The notes: a model not told the origin generated them from the letters alone. A DNA stretch of 64,000 nucleotides from an uncultured Desulfosarcina sp. (GCA_963674945.2 CAXXWQ010000001.1:1-64000); one strand, 5' to 3'; counted from the stretch's first letter, positions 1 through 13,200 are shown. Made by a program: numbers and translations.

Positions 1-1044
1 GTCGATCTTGTCCAGCGCATCCATGTCCCGAAGCTGGTTGACCAGGTTGGAGAGCATGCCGCCCGGGGTCTGATGGAGCAGTACGTTGATGTCGATGACA
101 CTTACCTTGGAGTCGTCCAACAAGTGCTTGTACTTGGGCATCACCTCTTTTTCGAAGATCTCGTTGATCCGGGCCAGCAGTTTGATGTCGAAGCCGGTGT
201 CGCGGTTGGTCCCTAAAAGCGCCATGACCAGCGGTTCCACGGCCGCATGGGAAGTACGGTAGGCGTAGGGGGACATACAGGTGTCGATGATGTCCACGCC
301 GGCCTCGATGGCCTTCAAGTGGCTCATGGGGCTCATGCCCGAGGTGAAGTGGCTGTGCAGGTGGATGGGGCACTTGACGGCGGCCTTCAGGGCCTTGACG
401 AGTTCATAGGCGTCGTAGGGGGCGATGAGGCCGGCCATGTCCTTGATGCAGATACTGTCGGCACCCATGGCCTCCAGGTCCTTGGCCTTTCCCACGTAGT
501 AGTCCAGGTTGTACACCTCTCCGCCAAGGCGCGGCTGTGTCATGGTGTAGCAGATACAACCCTGGAAATGCTTTCCGTACTCCTTGATCTTGGGCACGAC
601 GGTCTGAAAGTTGCGGTAGTCGTTCAAGGCGTCGAAGGTACGGAAGATGTCCATGCCGTTTTCACAGGCCCGGTCCATGAAGGCGTTGGCCACGTCGTCG
701 GCGTAGTTGCGATACCCCACCAGGTTCTGGGCGCGAAGCAGCATGGAGAAGGGGGTCTTTTTGAAGTAGCGTTTCAGCGTCCGGATTCGTTCCCATGGAT
801 CTTCGTTGAGGAAGCGGTGCATGGTGTCGAAGGTCGCACCACCCCATGTTTCCACGGCCCAGAAGCCCACATCGTCCATCAATTCGGCCACGGGTATCAT
901 GTCCTCGGTGCGGCCGCGGGTGGCAAACAGGCTCTGGTGGCCGTCGCGGAGGCTCAGATCCATGATCTTGATCGGATTTTCCGCCTTCGGCCGGTCCACA
1001 TCGTAATTCATTTTGGTCATCTTGACTTGATCGTGGTCACTCAT
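1..1044 (-). CDS. Pyruvate carboxyltransferase-domain protein (pyruvate carboxylase subunit B / transcarboxylase 5S / oxaloacetate decarboxylase alpha family); runs off the left edge
   Basis: Manual translation from ATG at 1044 (AGGAG upstream): MSDHDQVKM...DLSLRDGHQSLFATR...ETWGGATFD...FLNEDPWERIR...MLLRAQNLVGYRNYADDV...SICIKDMAG...LHSHFTSG; open to position 1. Confidence 0.93.
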   Translation of the reverse strand, partial: MSDHDQVKMTKMNYDVDRPKAENPIKIMDLSLRDGHQSLFATRGRTEDMIPVAELMDDVGFWAVETWGGATFDTMHRFLNEDPWERIRTLKRYFKKTPFSMLLRAQNLVGYRNYADDVANAFMDRACENGMDIFRTFDALNDYRNFQTVVPKIKEYGKHFQGCICYTMTQPRLGGEVYNLDYYVGKAKDLEAMGADSICIKDMAGLIAPYDAYELVKALKAAVKCPIHLHSHFTSGMSPMSHLKAIEAGVDIIDTCMSPYAYRTSHAAVEPLVMALLGTNRDTGFDIKLLARINEIFEKEVMPKYKHLLDDSKVSVIDINVLLHQTPGGMLSNLVNQLRDMDALDKID

Positions 1045-1112
1045 TGTATGGGTCTCCTCTTAAAAGATGGAAGTTGGTTGCGTGTTGGCATCAACTGCCC
1101 TGTAAAACCAGT

Positions 1113-1256
1113 GACTGTCTATCCAGAAATAGGAACTTTCGTTCGAGATCGAGGCGCGCGAAAAATTGTAACGGAGGCATATGGTCGATATTCCGAGGAT
1201 AAAATTTTTCGCGCAACAAAGATATCGGGCAAATTGGCCATTTCTGGATGAACCTA
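1113..1256 (-). repeat. Palindromic intergenic element, core family member 1
   Basis: Terminal inverted repeat ATCCAGAAAT (1121-1130) / ATTTCTGGAT (1240-1249); inner stem GCGCGAAAAATT / AATTTTTCGCGC. Confidence 0.85.
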
Positions 1257-1463
1257 TCGCAGGCGGTTGAAGGTTTTCATTTGCATGAGGTTACGCATGC
1301 TCATCATTCCCTGACGGCCGGAGAGCGCCCACAGGTTCCCCTGCTCGAAGCGACGGGGTTCGGGCTTTGCCGGCGGCGTTGCTACCAGCGCTTCCTCTTC
1401 GGTCTGGATATAGAACGAGACCGCGGCGAGGGCGGCGGCCAGTCTCTTTTCATTTGCTTCCAT
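1254..1463 (-). CDS. Small acyl-CoA carboxylase epsilon-like accessory subunit (69 aa)
   Basis: AAALAAV segment, Pro-rich linker and WALSGR motif; directly downstream of the carboxyltransferase gene. Confidence 0.65.
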   Translation of the reverse strand: MEANEKRLAAALAAVSFYIQTEEEALVATPPAKPEPRRFEQGNLWALSGRQGMMSMRNLMQMKTFNRLR

Positions 1464-1509
1464 AAATCACACACCTTTTGGAATTCGGTTCACTTCGCGT
1501 TGTCGGCCG

Positions 1510-3063
1510 CTACAGGGGGATGTTGCCGTGTTTCTTCGGCGGCCGGATCTCCCGCTTGCTGCACATCACCTCCAGGGCGTCGATGAGACGGGCGCGGGTC
1601 GTGGCCGGTTCGATGACGGCGTCGATATAGCCCCTTTCGGCGGCGCAGTACGGATTGGAGAAGAGATTTTCGTACTCGGCGATCTTCTCCTTGCGCTTTT
1701 CCGCCGGGTCATCGGCACCCTTGATCTCTTTTCTGTGGATGACGTTGGCCGCGCCGGCGGCACCCATGACGGCGATTTCCGAGGTGGGCCAGGCAAAGGC
1801 GAAATCGGCCCCCAGATCCTTGGAGCACATGGCCAGGTACGATCCGCCGTAGTCCTTGCGGGTGACGAGCAACAGTTTGGGCACCGTGGCCTCGCTGTAG
1901 CACCAAAGCAGTTTGGCGCCGTGGCGGATGATGCCGCCCCACTCCTGGTTGCTGCCGGGCAGGTATCCGGGCACGTCGGCGATGGTCAACAGCGGAATGT
2001 TGAAGGAGTCGCAGAACCGGATGAACCGGGCCGCCTTGTCCGAGGCGTTGATGTCCAGGCAACCGGCCATGACCGTGGGCTGGTTGGCGATGATGCCGAC
2101 GCTGCGGCCGTTGAGTCGGGCCAGGATGGTCAGGATGTTGGCGGCAAAGTGCTCGTGGGGTTCGAAGAAGTCGCCGTTGTCCACGATGCTGCGGATCACG
2201 TCCCGCATGTCGTAGGACTGGTTGGGGCTGTCCGGGATGATGGCGTTCAAGGCCTCGTCCGCACGTGCGGGGTCGTCGCCCATGTCCACCATCGGCGGTT
2301 CCTCCATGTTGTTGGCGGGCAGGTAGCTGAGCAGGCGTTTGATCTGGTTGATGGCGTCTTCGTCACTCTCACAGGCGAACTGGGCAACGCCGCTCTTTTC
2401 GTTGTGGGCCATGGCGCCGCCCAGGCTCTCGAAATCGATCACTTCTCCGGTGACCGACTTGATCACCTCGGGGCCGGTGATGAACATGTAACTGGTGTTT
2501 TTCACCATGAAGATGAAATCGGTCATGGCAGGCGAGTAGACCGCGCCGCCGGCCGTTGGGCCCATGATGGCCGAAATCTGGGGAATCACGCCGGAGGCCA
2601 CCGAGTTGCGATAGAAGATCTGGCCGTACCCGGACAGGGCGTCGACACCTTCCTGGATGCGGGCACCGCCCGAATCGTTGATCCCCACGAAGGGAACGCC
2701 GGCCTTCAGGGCCATGTCCATGACCTTGCAGATCTTTTTCGCATGCATCTCTCCGAGGCTGCCCGCCCGACTGGTGAAATCCTGCGCAAAGGCGAAAACC
2801 GGTCGACCGTCCACCATGCCATGGCCGGTGATCACCCCGTCAGAGGGAATTTCGACCTTTTCCATGCCGAAATTGACGCAACGGTGCTTGACGAACATGT
2901 CGACTTCCCTGAAGGTCCCTTTGTCGAACAGCACGTCCAGCCGTTCGCGGGCGGTCAGCTTGCCTTTGTCCTTGTGCTTGGCAACCAGTTTTTCCCCGCC
3001 CATCCCAAGGATTCGCTTTTCCCGGTCCTTGAGATCCTTGATTTTTTCCTCCACAATACCCAT
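1510..3063 (-). CDS. pccB: Acyl-CoA carboxyltransferase (propionyl-CoA carboxylase beta / methylmalonyl-CoA carboxyltransferase 12S family)
   Basis: GKLTARER, DSGGARIQEG, GGAVYSPA, DVPGYLPG, HGAKLL and C-terminal KKHGNIPL motifs. Confidence 0.92.
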   Translation of the reverse strand: MGIVEEKIKDLKDREKRILGMGGEKLVAKHKDKGKLTARERLDVLFDKGTFREVDMFVKHRCVNFGMEKVEIPSDGVITGHGMVDGRPVFAFAQDFTSRAGSLGEMHAKKICKVMDMALKAGVPFVGINDSGGARIQEGVDALSGYGQIFYRNSVASGVIPQISAIMGPTAGGAVYSPAMTDFIFMVKNTSYMFITGPEVIKSVTGEVIDFESLGGAMAHNEKSGVAQFACESDEDAINQIKRLLSYLPANNMEEPPMVDMGDDPARADEALNAIIPDSPNQSYDMRDVIRSIVDNGDFFEPHEHFAANILTILARLNGRSVGIIANQPTVMAGCLDINASDKAARFIRFCDSFNIPLLTIADVPGYLPGSNQEWGGIIRHGAKLLWCYSEATVPKLLLVTRKDYGGSYLAMCSKDLGADFAFAWPTSEIAVMGAAGAANVIHRKEIKGADDPAEKRKEKIAEYENLFSNPYCAAERGYIDAVIEPATTRARLIDALEVMCSKREIRPPKKHGNIPL

Positions 3064-3214
3064 GTCACATTCCTTTCGCCTTTAGTGCAGAATTCCTTTC
3101 TGCCAAACCATCAAAAGTCATCCGAAAATCGATAACGGATGTAATATGATTGAAATCATGTAGAACTAGAAAACACCTCCCGTACACCGAAACAGAAAAC
3201 GAAACTTTATCGAC

Positions 3215-4201
3215 TCACCTTTCATTGTCAAGCAAAAAGAGAAGGGTCTCTGCGCCCACGGCAGGGGAGATATCCCCCCTTTCCACGGATGATTCGATTT
3301 CCCGCAGGCGTGCCTTGATTTTCGGGTGGGCGAAAAAGCGTTCCTTGAGACCGTCCTCGATGCGGGACCACATCCAGGCCAGGGCCTGCCGTCGGCGCTT
3401 TTCCGCCAATTCGCCCGTGGCCGTCAGCCGTCGGCGGTGGTCCTGAATCGTATCCCACAGTTCCTCGACGCCGGCCATGGTCAGTGCGCTGCAGGTTTTC
3501 ACCGGTGGAGACCAGGTGGGCGTTGCGGGATTGAGCAGATGCAGGGCGAGTTCGTAGGATCGCCGGGCTCTTTCCGCCTTCTCCACGTTGTCGCCGTCCG
3601 CCTTGTTGATGGCTACGGCATCGGCCAGTTCCAGGACGCCTTTCTTAATCCCCTGGAGTTCGTCGCCGGCACCGGCCAGCATGAGCACCAGGAAGAAGTC
3701 CGCCATGGAGGAAACGGTGATTTCCGATTGCCCCACGCCCACCGTCTCGATGATGACCACATCGAAGCCGGCCGCTTCGCAGACCAGCATGGTTTCGCGG
3801 GTCATGCGCGCCACGCCGCCCAGGGTGCCACCGGAGGGCGACGGGCGGATAAAGGCATTCGGTGTCACACAGAGCCGCTCCATGCGGGTCTTGTCGGCCA
3901 TGACACTGCCGCCGCTTCGGGTACTGGAGGGATCCACTGCCAAGACGGCGACGTTATGGCCCTTTTCCACCAGCATCATCCCGAAGCTCTCGATAAAGGT
4001 GCTCTTTCCCACACCGGGTACGCCGGTGATGCCGAGACGGACGGCCTTTCCCGTTTCGCCAAGCACCTGGTCCACGATGCTTCGTCCCAGTTGGCGGTGG
4101 GTGGGGTGTGCGCTTTCGATCAGCGTAATGGTTTTGGCCAGGATCCGGCGGTTGCCGGATCGCAGGCCGTCGATGTAATATTGGGCGTCTTGCTCACCCA
4201 T
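3215..4201 (-). CDS. meaB: Methylmalonyl-CoA mutase-associated GTPase MeaB/ArgK
   Basis: GITGVPGVGKST, LAVDPSS, ETVGVGQSE, GDELQGIKKG, NKAD; adjacent to the mutase. Confidence 0.96.
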   Translation of the reverse strand: MGEQDAQYYIDGLRSGNRRILAKTITLIESAHPTHRQLGRSIVDQVLGETGKAVRLGITGVPGVGKSTFIESFGMMLVEKGHNVAVLAVDPSSTRSGGSVMADKTRMERLCVTPNAFIRPSPSGGTLGGVARMTRETMLVCEAAGFDVVIIETVGVGQSEITVSSMADFFLVLMLAGAGDELQGIKKGVLELADAVAINKADGDNVEKAERARRSYELALHLLNPATPTWSPPVKTCSALTMAGVEELWDTIQDHRRRLTATGELAEKRRRQALAWMWSRIEDGLKERFFAHPKIKARLREIESSVERGDISPAVGAETLLFLLDNER

Positions 4202-4216
4202 TTAAAATCCTTATTA

Positions 4217-6340
<2,124 letters not shown>

Positions 6341-6425
6341 GATGCACTCCTTTGCTTAAAAAACTGTTACCATATATCCAAGGTGTACGACGGTATCGGC
6401 CCCCCCGATAGACGTCCTACATGCG

Positions 6426-6451
6426 AATTTGCCTATTTCTGGACGAACACT
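6426..6451 (-). repeat. Isolated end fragment of the TCCAGAAAT-type palindromic element
   Basis: AATTTGCCTATTTCTGGACGAACACT resembles AAATTGGCCATTTCTGGATGAACCT at about 1231-1255. Confidence 0.6.
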
Positions 6452-6503
6452 GTTCATGATCCCAACGTGGATCCGGTGTAATTCGAAATTTTTATCGTCA
6501 ACC

Positions 6504-7145
6504 TCACATGTTTGCCTGGTTTCCATTCTTTTCCGGGTTGGCAATGGCACGCCAGATCATCTCGAAAAGCGTCGTGGCCTGGTCGGTCAGCCGACCCTGC
6601 TGTCCTCTGCTGATCCACATGGTGAAGGCCCGCTGCACGGTTCCTAGCATGAAATCCAGAAGGATGCCGGCACGGACATTGGGGTTGAGCTGCCCCTCTT
6701 CCTGGCCTTTGCGCATTACCTCCAGGTACATGTTGATCATCTTCTTCTGTTTGAAGGTTTCATCGTTCATCCAGGTCTTCATGGGCAGGGTCATGAAGAT
6801 GATGCGGGCGAATCCCGGGTTGCGCTCATAGTAGTCCAATTGGAGCCAGAGCACTTTGCGCATTTTTTCCTTCAAATCCTCGATTCCCTGGAGGTGATCG
6901 TAGATCCGTTCGGTCAATTTCCCCAGCCACACGTCCACGAAGGCAAACACCAGGCGCTCTTTGGAGCCATAATGTTTGTAGATGGTGGAAAAGCTCACGC
7001 CGGCCCGATTGGCCACGTCCCGGATATTGGCCTTGTGAAAGTCGGAATGGGAAAAAATATCCAATACGGCCTGTTCCAGCCGATTGTATACCTCGGGCTT
7101 CAAGGGTGTGAACATTGTTATGTTTTTTCCGTCCGTCTCGTCCAT
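6504..7145 (-). CDS. TetR/AcrR family transcriptional regulator (alternative start 7115)
   Basis: N-terminal HTH ANIRDVANRAGVSFSTIYKHYGSKERL. Confidence 0.93.
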   Translation of the reverse strand: MDETDGKNITMFTPLKPEVYNRLEQAVLDIFSHSDFHKANIRDVANRAGVSFSTIYKHYGSKERLVFAFVDVWLGKLTERIYDHLQGIEDLKEKMRKVLWLQLDYYERNPGFARIIFMTLPMKTWMNDETFKQKKMINMYLEVMRKGQEEGQLNPNVRAGILLDFMLGTVQRAFTMWISRGQQGRLTDQATTLFEMIWRAIANPEKNGNQANM

Positions 7146-7548
7146 TTAATATGCCGATGAAGTTGGAAAAATGATTTAACTAATTGATTATATTGAATAT
7201 TAAAAAATATTGCAAAATATTTTCTATTCGGTTGGAATAATGATGTTCTTGTCCCAAAAATGAGTTTATCCTATTGAAATTTAAAGTAAAACGTATATTC
7301 TGGAAAAAGATTTACTATCTGAAGTGTAACAATGTTTTAAAAACCCCTAAATAATTTCCAATTGATGTTCTGTCAAGAACTATTTTAAAAAAGCGTTTCT
7401 ATGGCAAACGTGGCCAAACAGTATGAAGAAAGAAACGCATTCTTCCATTATTTTGCCGATGGAAAATAAGATGGGAAAAGCGTTTAATGTAAAATATCAT
7501 TTTATTTTGCTTTGACGAACCAGTTCCGCAGAAGCCCGAGATCAAGGC

Positions 7549-7577
7549 TTGAACCAGAGCGGGAGTGTGTCTATACT
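7549..7577 (+). promoter_or_regulatory. Putative sigma70 promoter of queA
   Basis: TTGAAC-N17-TATACT. Confidence 0.5.
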
Positions 7578-7650
7578 AATCCATTTTTGATAACCGAAAC
7601 GATTGAAACACTGACGTGTTTTTGTTGACGCAGCAACGCCGGACCAACGC

Positions 7651-8712
7651 ATGTACACACTCGACGACTACCACTACGAATTACCCGATGCCCTCATCGC
7701 CCAGACCCCTGCCAAACGACGCGACGGCTCCCGGCTGCTCCACCTGCAGCGGGCCACGGGAACCGTTCGCCATGGGCAGTTTCAGGAAATGGTTCATACA
7801 CTTCACCCCACCGATGTGCTGGTGATCAACGACACCCGTGTCATCCCCGGTCGCCTGTACGGCCGGAAGGAGACCGGCGGAAAAGTAGAACTGCTGATCC
7901 TCGATTACGGCGAAAAGGGCAAGGCCGATGGCGTGGCATCGAACCGGGTCTATCAATGCTTGATCAAGGCCTCCAAACAGGCACGTCCCGGCACGAGAAT
8001 TCACTTCGAACATGAACTTACGGCCGAAGTACAAGGCTTTTCCGATGGGATCTATTCCGTATCATTCTCGGCCCCGGCACCATTTGACGCCATCATGGAA
8101 CGGATCGGCAAAATGCCGCTTCCCCCATATATCAAAAGAAACGCCGATCGTTTCGACGAAATGGATCGAGATCGTTATCAGACGGTCTATGCCAGGGAAA
8201 AGGGGGCGGTGGCGGCGCCCACCGCAGGTCTTCATTTCACCGAGACAATGTTGTCGGCAATTCGAGAAAAGGGCATTGCCGTCGTTCCCATCACCCTCCA
8301 TGTGGGGTATGGCACCTTCGTGCCGGTGCGCGTAGAGGACATTCGTAAGCATCGGATGCACGAGGAGTGGTTCTTTGTCTCACCGGATACGGCCCGCACC
8401 ATCAACCGGGCAAAAGGTGAAGGGCGCCGTGTCGTTGCCGTGGGAACCACCTGTGTTCGTACACTGGAATATGCCACGGGTTCGGATGGCCGATTGCGGT
8501 CAGGCAGTGGTCGGTGCGATCTTTTCATCTATCCCGGTTACGTGTTTCAGACCATCGACGCCATGATCACCAATTTTCATCTGCCCCGATCCACCCTGCT
8601 CATGCTGGTGTCCGCTTTCGTCGGGCGTGAGAAAATGCTGCGGGTTTATGCGGAAGCGGTACGGGAGAAATATCGGTTTTTCAGTTATGGGGATGCGATG
8701 TTGATAGAATAA
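7651..8712 (+). CDS. queA: S-adenosylmethionine:tRNA ribosyltransferase-isomerase
   Basis: LIAQTP, NDTRVIPGRL, MPLPPYI, YQTVYA, AAPTAGLHF, TNFHLPRSTL, FFSYGDAM. Confidence 0.98.
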   Translation: MYTLDDYHYELPDALIAQTPAKRRDGSRLLHLQRATGTVRHGQFQEMVHTLHPTDVLVINDTRVIPGRLYGRKETGGKVELLILDYGEKGKADGVASNRVYQCLIKASKQARPGTRIHFEHELTAEVQGFSDGIYSVSFSAPAPFDAIMERIGKMPLPPYIKRNADRFDEMDRDRYQTVYAREKGAVAAPTAGLHFTETMLSAIREKGIAVVPITLHVGYGTFVPVRVEDIRKHRMHEEWFFVSPDTARTINRAKGEGRRVVAVGTTCVRTLEYATGSDGRLRSGSGRCDLFIYPGYVFQTIDAMITNFHLPRSTLLMLVSAFVGREKMLRVYAEAVREKYRFFSYGDAMLIE

Positions 8713-8766
8713 AAATCCGGCGCCGGAGAGCTTGACTTTGGGCTCCCCCTATAAGGGAAAAACACT

Positions 8767-8995
8767 ATGATTTCGTAAAAACCACAGGAGTCAGAAGTCA
8801 GGATTCAGGAGCCAGAATAAATCTGATGTCGCTCTGCTCCATAGATTGGATAATATGGATCGAGCCGAAGGCGAATACATTATTCTCGTATGAAACTACG
8901 CCAAAATGGCATAGTTTCAATCGTCGTTCAAACCGACCAAAGGTCGGCGGCGGCGCTGGATTCTGAATTCTGACTCCTGGATTCTTGTGATAATC
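8767..8995 (+). repeat. Heptamer-periodic inverted-repeat element, copy A
   Basis: CAGGAGT-CAGAAGT-CAGGATT-CAGGAGC-CAGAATA (8785-8819) and inverted CTGGATT-CTGAATT-CTGACTC-CTGGATT (8956-8983); homologous to 59194-59578. Confidence 0.9.
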
Positions 8996-9008
8996 CTATT
9001 GTAGTCCC

Positions 9009-10162
<1,154 letters not shown>

Positions 10163-10397
10163 TTCAGGTCTCAAGAACGGGAATGTCATATCGTTCTATT
10201 TTTGGATCTAACGCCGATGTGTCATAATTCTGGCCTGGCCAGACCATGCCGTAAACTTCTTTGTCATTGCTCCCACTTTATACCTCAAGTCAGCAGGATG
10301 CGTTTTTGCCCGTATGGTTTGACCGCTTTGGAAAAGCGCCTTATAGTGAGTGATACTGGATGTCAAACATTTATATGATGAAAAGGAAAGACAGCAG

Positions 10398-10616
10398 ATG
10401 AAAGAAAAAGTAGAAGCAGCACTGGAAAAAATACGGCCCATGTTACAGGCGGACGGAGGCGACGTGGAGTTGATTGATGTGAAAGACGGCATCGTCACGG
10501 TTCGGCTTCAGGGTGCTTGTGCGGGATGCCCCATGTCACAGATGACATTGAGAAACGGAATCGAACGCGTGCTCAAGGAGGCGATTCCGGAAATCAAATC
10601 GGTGGAATCGGCTTGA
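10398..10616 (+). CDS. NifU C-terminal-domain (NfuA-like) Fe-S carrier
   Basis: IRPMLQADGGDVEL...LQGACAGCPMS; ATG at 10398 after AGGAAAG. Confidence 0.92.
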   Translation: MKEKVEAALEKIRPMLQADGGDVELIDVKDGIVTVRLQGACAGCPMSQMTLRNGIERVLKEAIPEIKSVESA

Positions 10617-10640
10617 TCCTTTTTCCAGCCGTCGATAAAT

Positions 10641-10672
10641 GGGCCGGCTTTTCCGACGCCGGCCCTCGTTTT
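10641..10672 (+). terminator. Putative intrinsic terminator after the nifU-like gene
   Basis: GGGCCGGC-loop-GCCGGCCC followed by TCGTTTT. Confidence 0.5.
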
Positions 10673-10747
10673 GCCCTCGCACTTTTCTTGTTCAGGTAAA
10701 AAAACGCCCAATCCTCTGGACAGGTCAGCGTTCAATGGCTCCGCTGT

Positions 10748-10789
10748 GTGATTGTCACAAGAATCCGGGAATCAGAATTCAGAATCCAG
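10748..10789 (-). repeat. Solo end of the heptamer-periodic element, inverted
   Basis: 10750-10789 equals the reverse complement of 8956-8995 with 3 mismatches in 40 nt. Confidence 0.85.
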
Positions 10790-10805
10790 AAAATGGAAGA
10801 CGAGG

Positions 10806-13199
10806 ATGATAAACCTGCCACGTCGTTTCGCGGATCTTCGCATCCGCCACAAATTGCTCATCAGCTACACCGCCGTGTTTGTCATCTCCATGACCATCGG
10901 GCATCTCATTCTCTTCTCTTTCGTTAAGCGGGCCATCGAGGCCAACATCGAAAGTGAACTGAAAAATACCACCCAGGCCATCTTGAACATGGTCCGCACC
11001 TCGGCGGATGTCTCCATTAAAAACCACCTTCGCGCGGTCGCCGAAAAGAACAAGGAGATCGCCCTTCATTTCTATCGCCAGGCAATGGCGGGCAATATCA
11101 GCATGGCCGAGGCCAAAGACAGATCGCGGGAGGTGATGCTCAGCCAGACCATCGGCAAGACCGGTTATATCTATTGTATCGACAGTCAAGGTGTGATTCT
11201 GATCCATCCCGAAAACGAATTGATCCATGTGGACCTGTCCGGCTACGGCTTTATCCGGGACCAGAAGGCCCGCAAAGTGGGGTATCTGGAATACAACTGG
11301 AAGAATCCGGGGGAGATCCATGACCGCCCCAAAGCGCTGTACATGACCTACTTCAAACCATGGGACTGGATCATATCGGTCTCCTCCTACCGGGATGAGT
11401 TCAACGAACTGGTCAATGTGGACGATTTTCGGGACAGCATCCTCTCCCTGGTATTCGGACAGACCGGATACTCCTATGTGGTTGACACGGCGGGTAACCT
11501 CATCGTTCATCCGTTCCTCGAAGGGAACTATTACGAAGCAACGGACGAAAAGGGGCGGCAGTTCATCCAGGAGATCTGTCGTCGAAAAAGCGGGAAAATC
11601 ATCTATTCCTGGGAGGCGGCAAAGGGTGAGCCCATACGGGAAAAGCTGGTGATTTTCAACTACATCCCCGAATATCAATGGATCGTGGCCTCCTCGTCTT
11701 TTTCCGAGGAGTTTTATTCTCCGCTAAAGACCGCCTGGCGACTGATGGTGGCAACGGTGGCCATCTCCTTCATTTTGTTCGTGCCCATCACCCTTCGGAT
11801 CAGCTCCTCCATCACCAATCCCCTCGTCGAGTTGATGAACCGTTTCGCAGCCGGTGCCAAGGGGGATATCTCGGTGAGAATGAATCGACAAAGCAGCGAC
11901 GAAGTGGGAACCCTGGCCAACTATTTCAACTCCTATATGGAGCGACTGGAAACCTACAGTGAGAGCCTCAAGAGCGAGATCGCCGATCGAAAGAAGGCGG
12001 AAGCGGCCATTCGAAAGAGCGAGGCAAAATACCGGGAGCTGGTGGAAAATGCCAACAGCATCATCTTGCGGGTGACCCCCGAGGGTGTCATTACCTTTTT
12101 TAACGAGTATGCCCAGCGTTTTTTCGGATACGCCGAGTCGGAGATCCTGGGGCAGCATGTAACCGGTACCATCATCCCCGAGGAGATTTCAGACGGCATC
12201 GAGACGATGACCCGCCTTTCCAGCCGCCGTGGCGGACAGGCCCATACCAACATGCTGCGCAACGGCGAACGGGTTTGCATCGCATGGACCAGCAGGGCAA
12301 CCCACGATTCATCCGGTGCGGTCAAGGAGTACCTGTGTATCGGTACCGATATCACCGAACGGATGCGCATGGAAAACGTGATGGTCCAAACGGAGAAGAT
12401 GATGAGCGTCGGTGGGCTGGCCGCCGGAATGGCCCACGAGATCAACAATCCATTGGGTGGCATGCTCCAAAGCCTGCAAAACGTGATTCGGCGTATTTCA
12501 CCGGGTCTTTCGGCCAACGAGACGGAGGCAAGGGCATGCGGCACGCGATTGGAGACCATTCGCTGTTACCTTGAAAAAAGAGAGGTGCTTCGATTTTTGG
12601 ATAACATCCGTCTTGCCGGCGAACGGGCCTCCCATATCGTGGAAAACATGCTCAGTTTCAGTCGCCAGAGCGAATCTTTGAAAACGCCGGTGCAGTTGTC
12701 CAACTTGTTGGACAAGGCGGTAGAGCTGGCCGCCCATGACTACGATTTGAAAAAGAAGTATGATTTTCGCCACATTCGGATCGATCGGCACTACGATCCA
12801 ACCCTGCCACCGGTACCGTGCGTGGCCACCGAGATCGAACAGGTGATCCTCAACCTGCTTCGCAATGCGGCACAGGCCATGGGGGACCGGCCGAAACCGG
12901 AGTTCTCCCCTTGTATCACCCTTCATCTTCGAAAAGAGGCGAACTGGGCCGTTATTGAAATCACCGATAACGGTCCGGGAATGGATCCGGAGCAGCTCAA
13001 GCGCATCTTCGAGCCGTTCTTCACAACAAAAGAGGTGGGGGTGGGGACGGGGCTGGGACTGTCCGTCTCCTACTTCATCGTCACCAACCATCACAATGGC
13101 ACGCTGATTGCTGATGCGACGCCGGGTGAGGGGGCCTGTTTCACCCTTCGACTCCCCATGACCGGTTCATCGGTTTCAGATGAAGCAGGGGGCGCATAG
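10806..13199 (+). CDS. Membrane sensor histidine kinase (TM, tandem Cache, TM, HAMP, PAS, HisKA, HATPase)
   Basis: Two Cache-like repeats (GKTGYIYCID...IHP; GQTGYSYVVD...VHP), GMAHEINNPL H-box, NLLRNA, DNGPGM, FEPFFTTK, GTGLGLS. Confidence 0.93.
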   Translation: MINLPRRFADLRIRHKLLISYTAVFVISMTIGHLILFSFVKRAIEANIESELKNTTQAILNMVRTSADVSIKNHLRAVAEKNKEIALHFYRQAMAGNISMAEAKDRSREVMLSQTIGKTGYIYCIDSQGVILIHPENELIHVDLSGYGFIRDQKARKVGYLEYNWKNPGEIHDRPKALYMTYFKPWDWIISVSSYRDEFNELVNVDDFRDSILSLVFGQTGYSYVVDTAGNLIVHPFLEGNYYEATDEKGRQFIQEICRRKSGKIIYSWEAAKGEPIREKLVIFNYIPEYQWIVASSSFSEEFYSPLKTAWRLMVATVAISFILFVPITLRISSSITNPLVELMNRFAAGAKGDISVRMNRQSSDEVGTLANYFNSYMERLETYSESLKSEIADRKKAEAAIRKSEAKYRELVENANSIILRVTPEGVITFFNEYAQRFFGYAESEILGQHVTGTIIPEEISDGIETMTRLSSRRGGQAHTNMLRNGERVCIAWTSRATHDSSGAVKEYLCIGTDITERMRMENVMVQTEKMMSVGGLAAGMAHEINNPLGGMLQSLQNVIRRISPGLSANETEARACGTRLETIRCYLEKREVLRFLDNIRLAGERASHIVENMLSFSRQSESLKTPVQLSNLLDKAVELAAHDYDLKKKYDFRHIRIDRHYDPTLPPVPCVATEIEQVILNLLRNAAQAMGDRPKPEFSPCITLHLRKEANWAVIEITDNGPGMDPEQLKRIFEPFFTTKEVGVGTGLGLSVSYFIVTNHHNGTLIADATPGEGACFTLRLPMTGSSVSDEAGGA

Positions 13200-13200
13200 G

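Noticed and set aside
6341..6503. Possible cobalamin riboswitch upstream of the mutase
   Set aside because: No B12-box or other cobalamin riboswitch consensus is recognisable.
10752..10805. N-terminal extension MSQESGNQNSESRK of the sensor kinase
   Set aside because: Encoded by the repeat fragment; ATG 10806 has a GAGG upstream and is the more plausible start.
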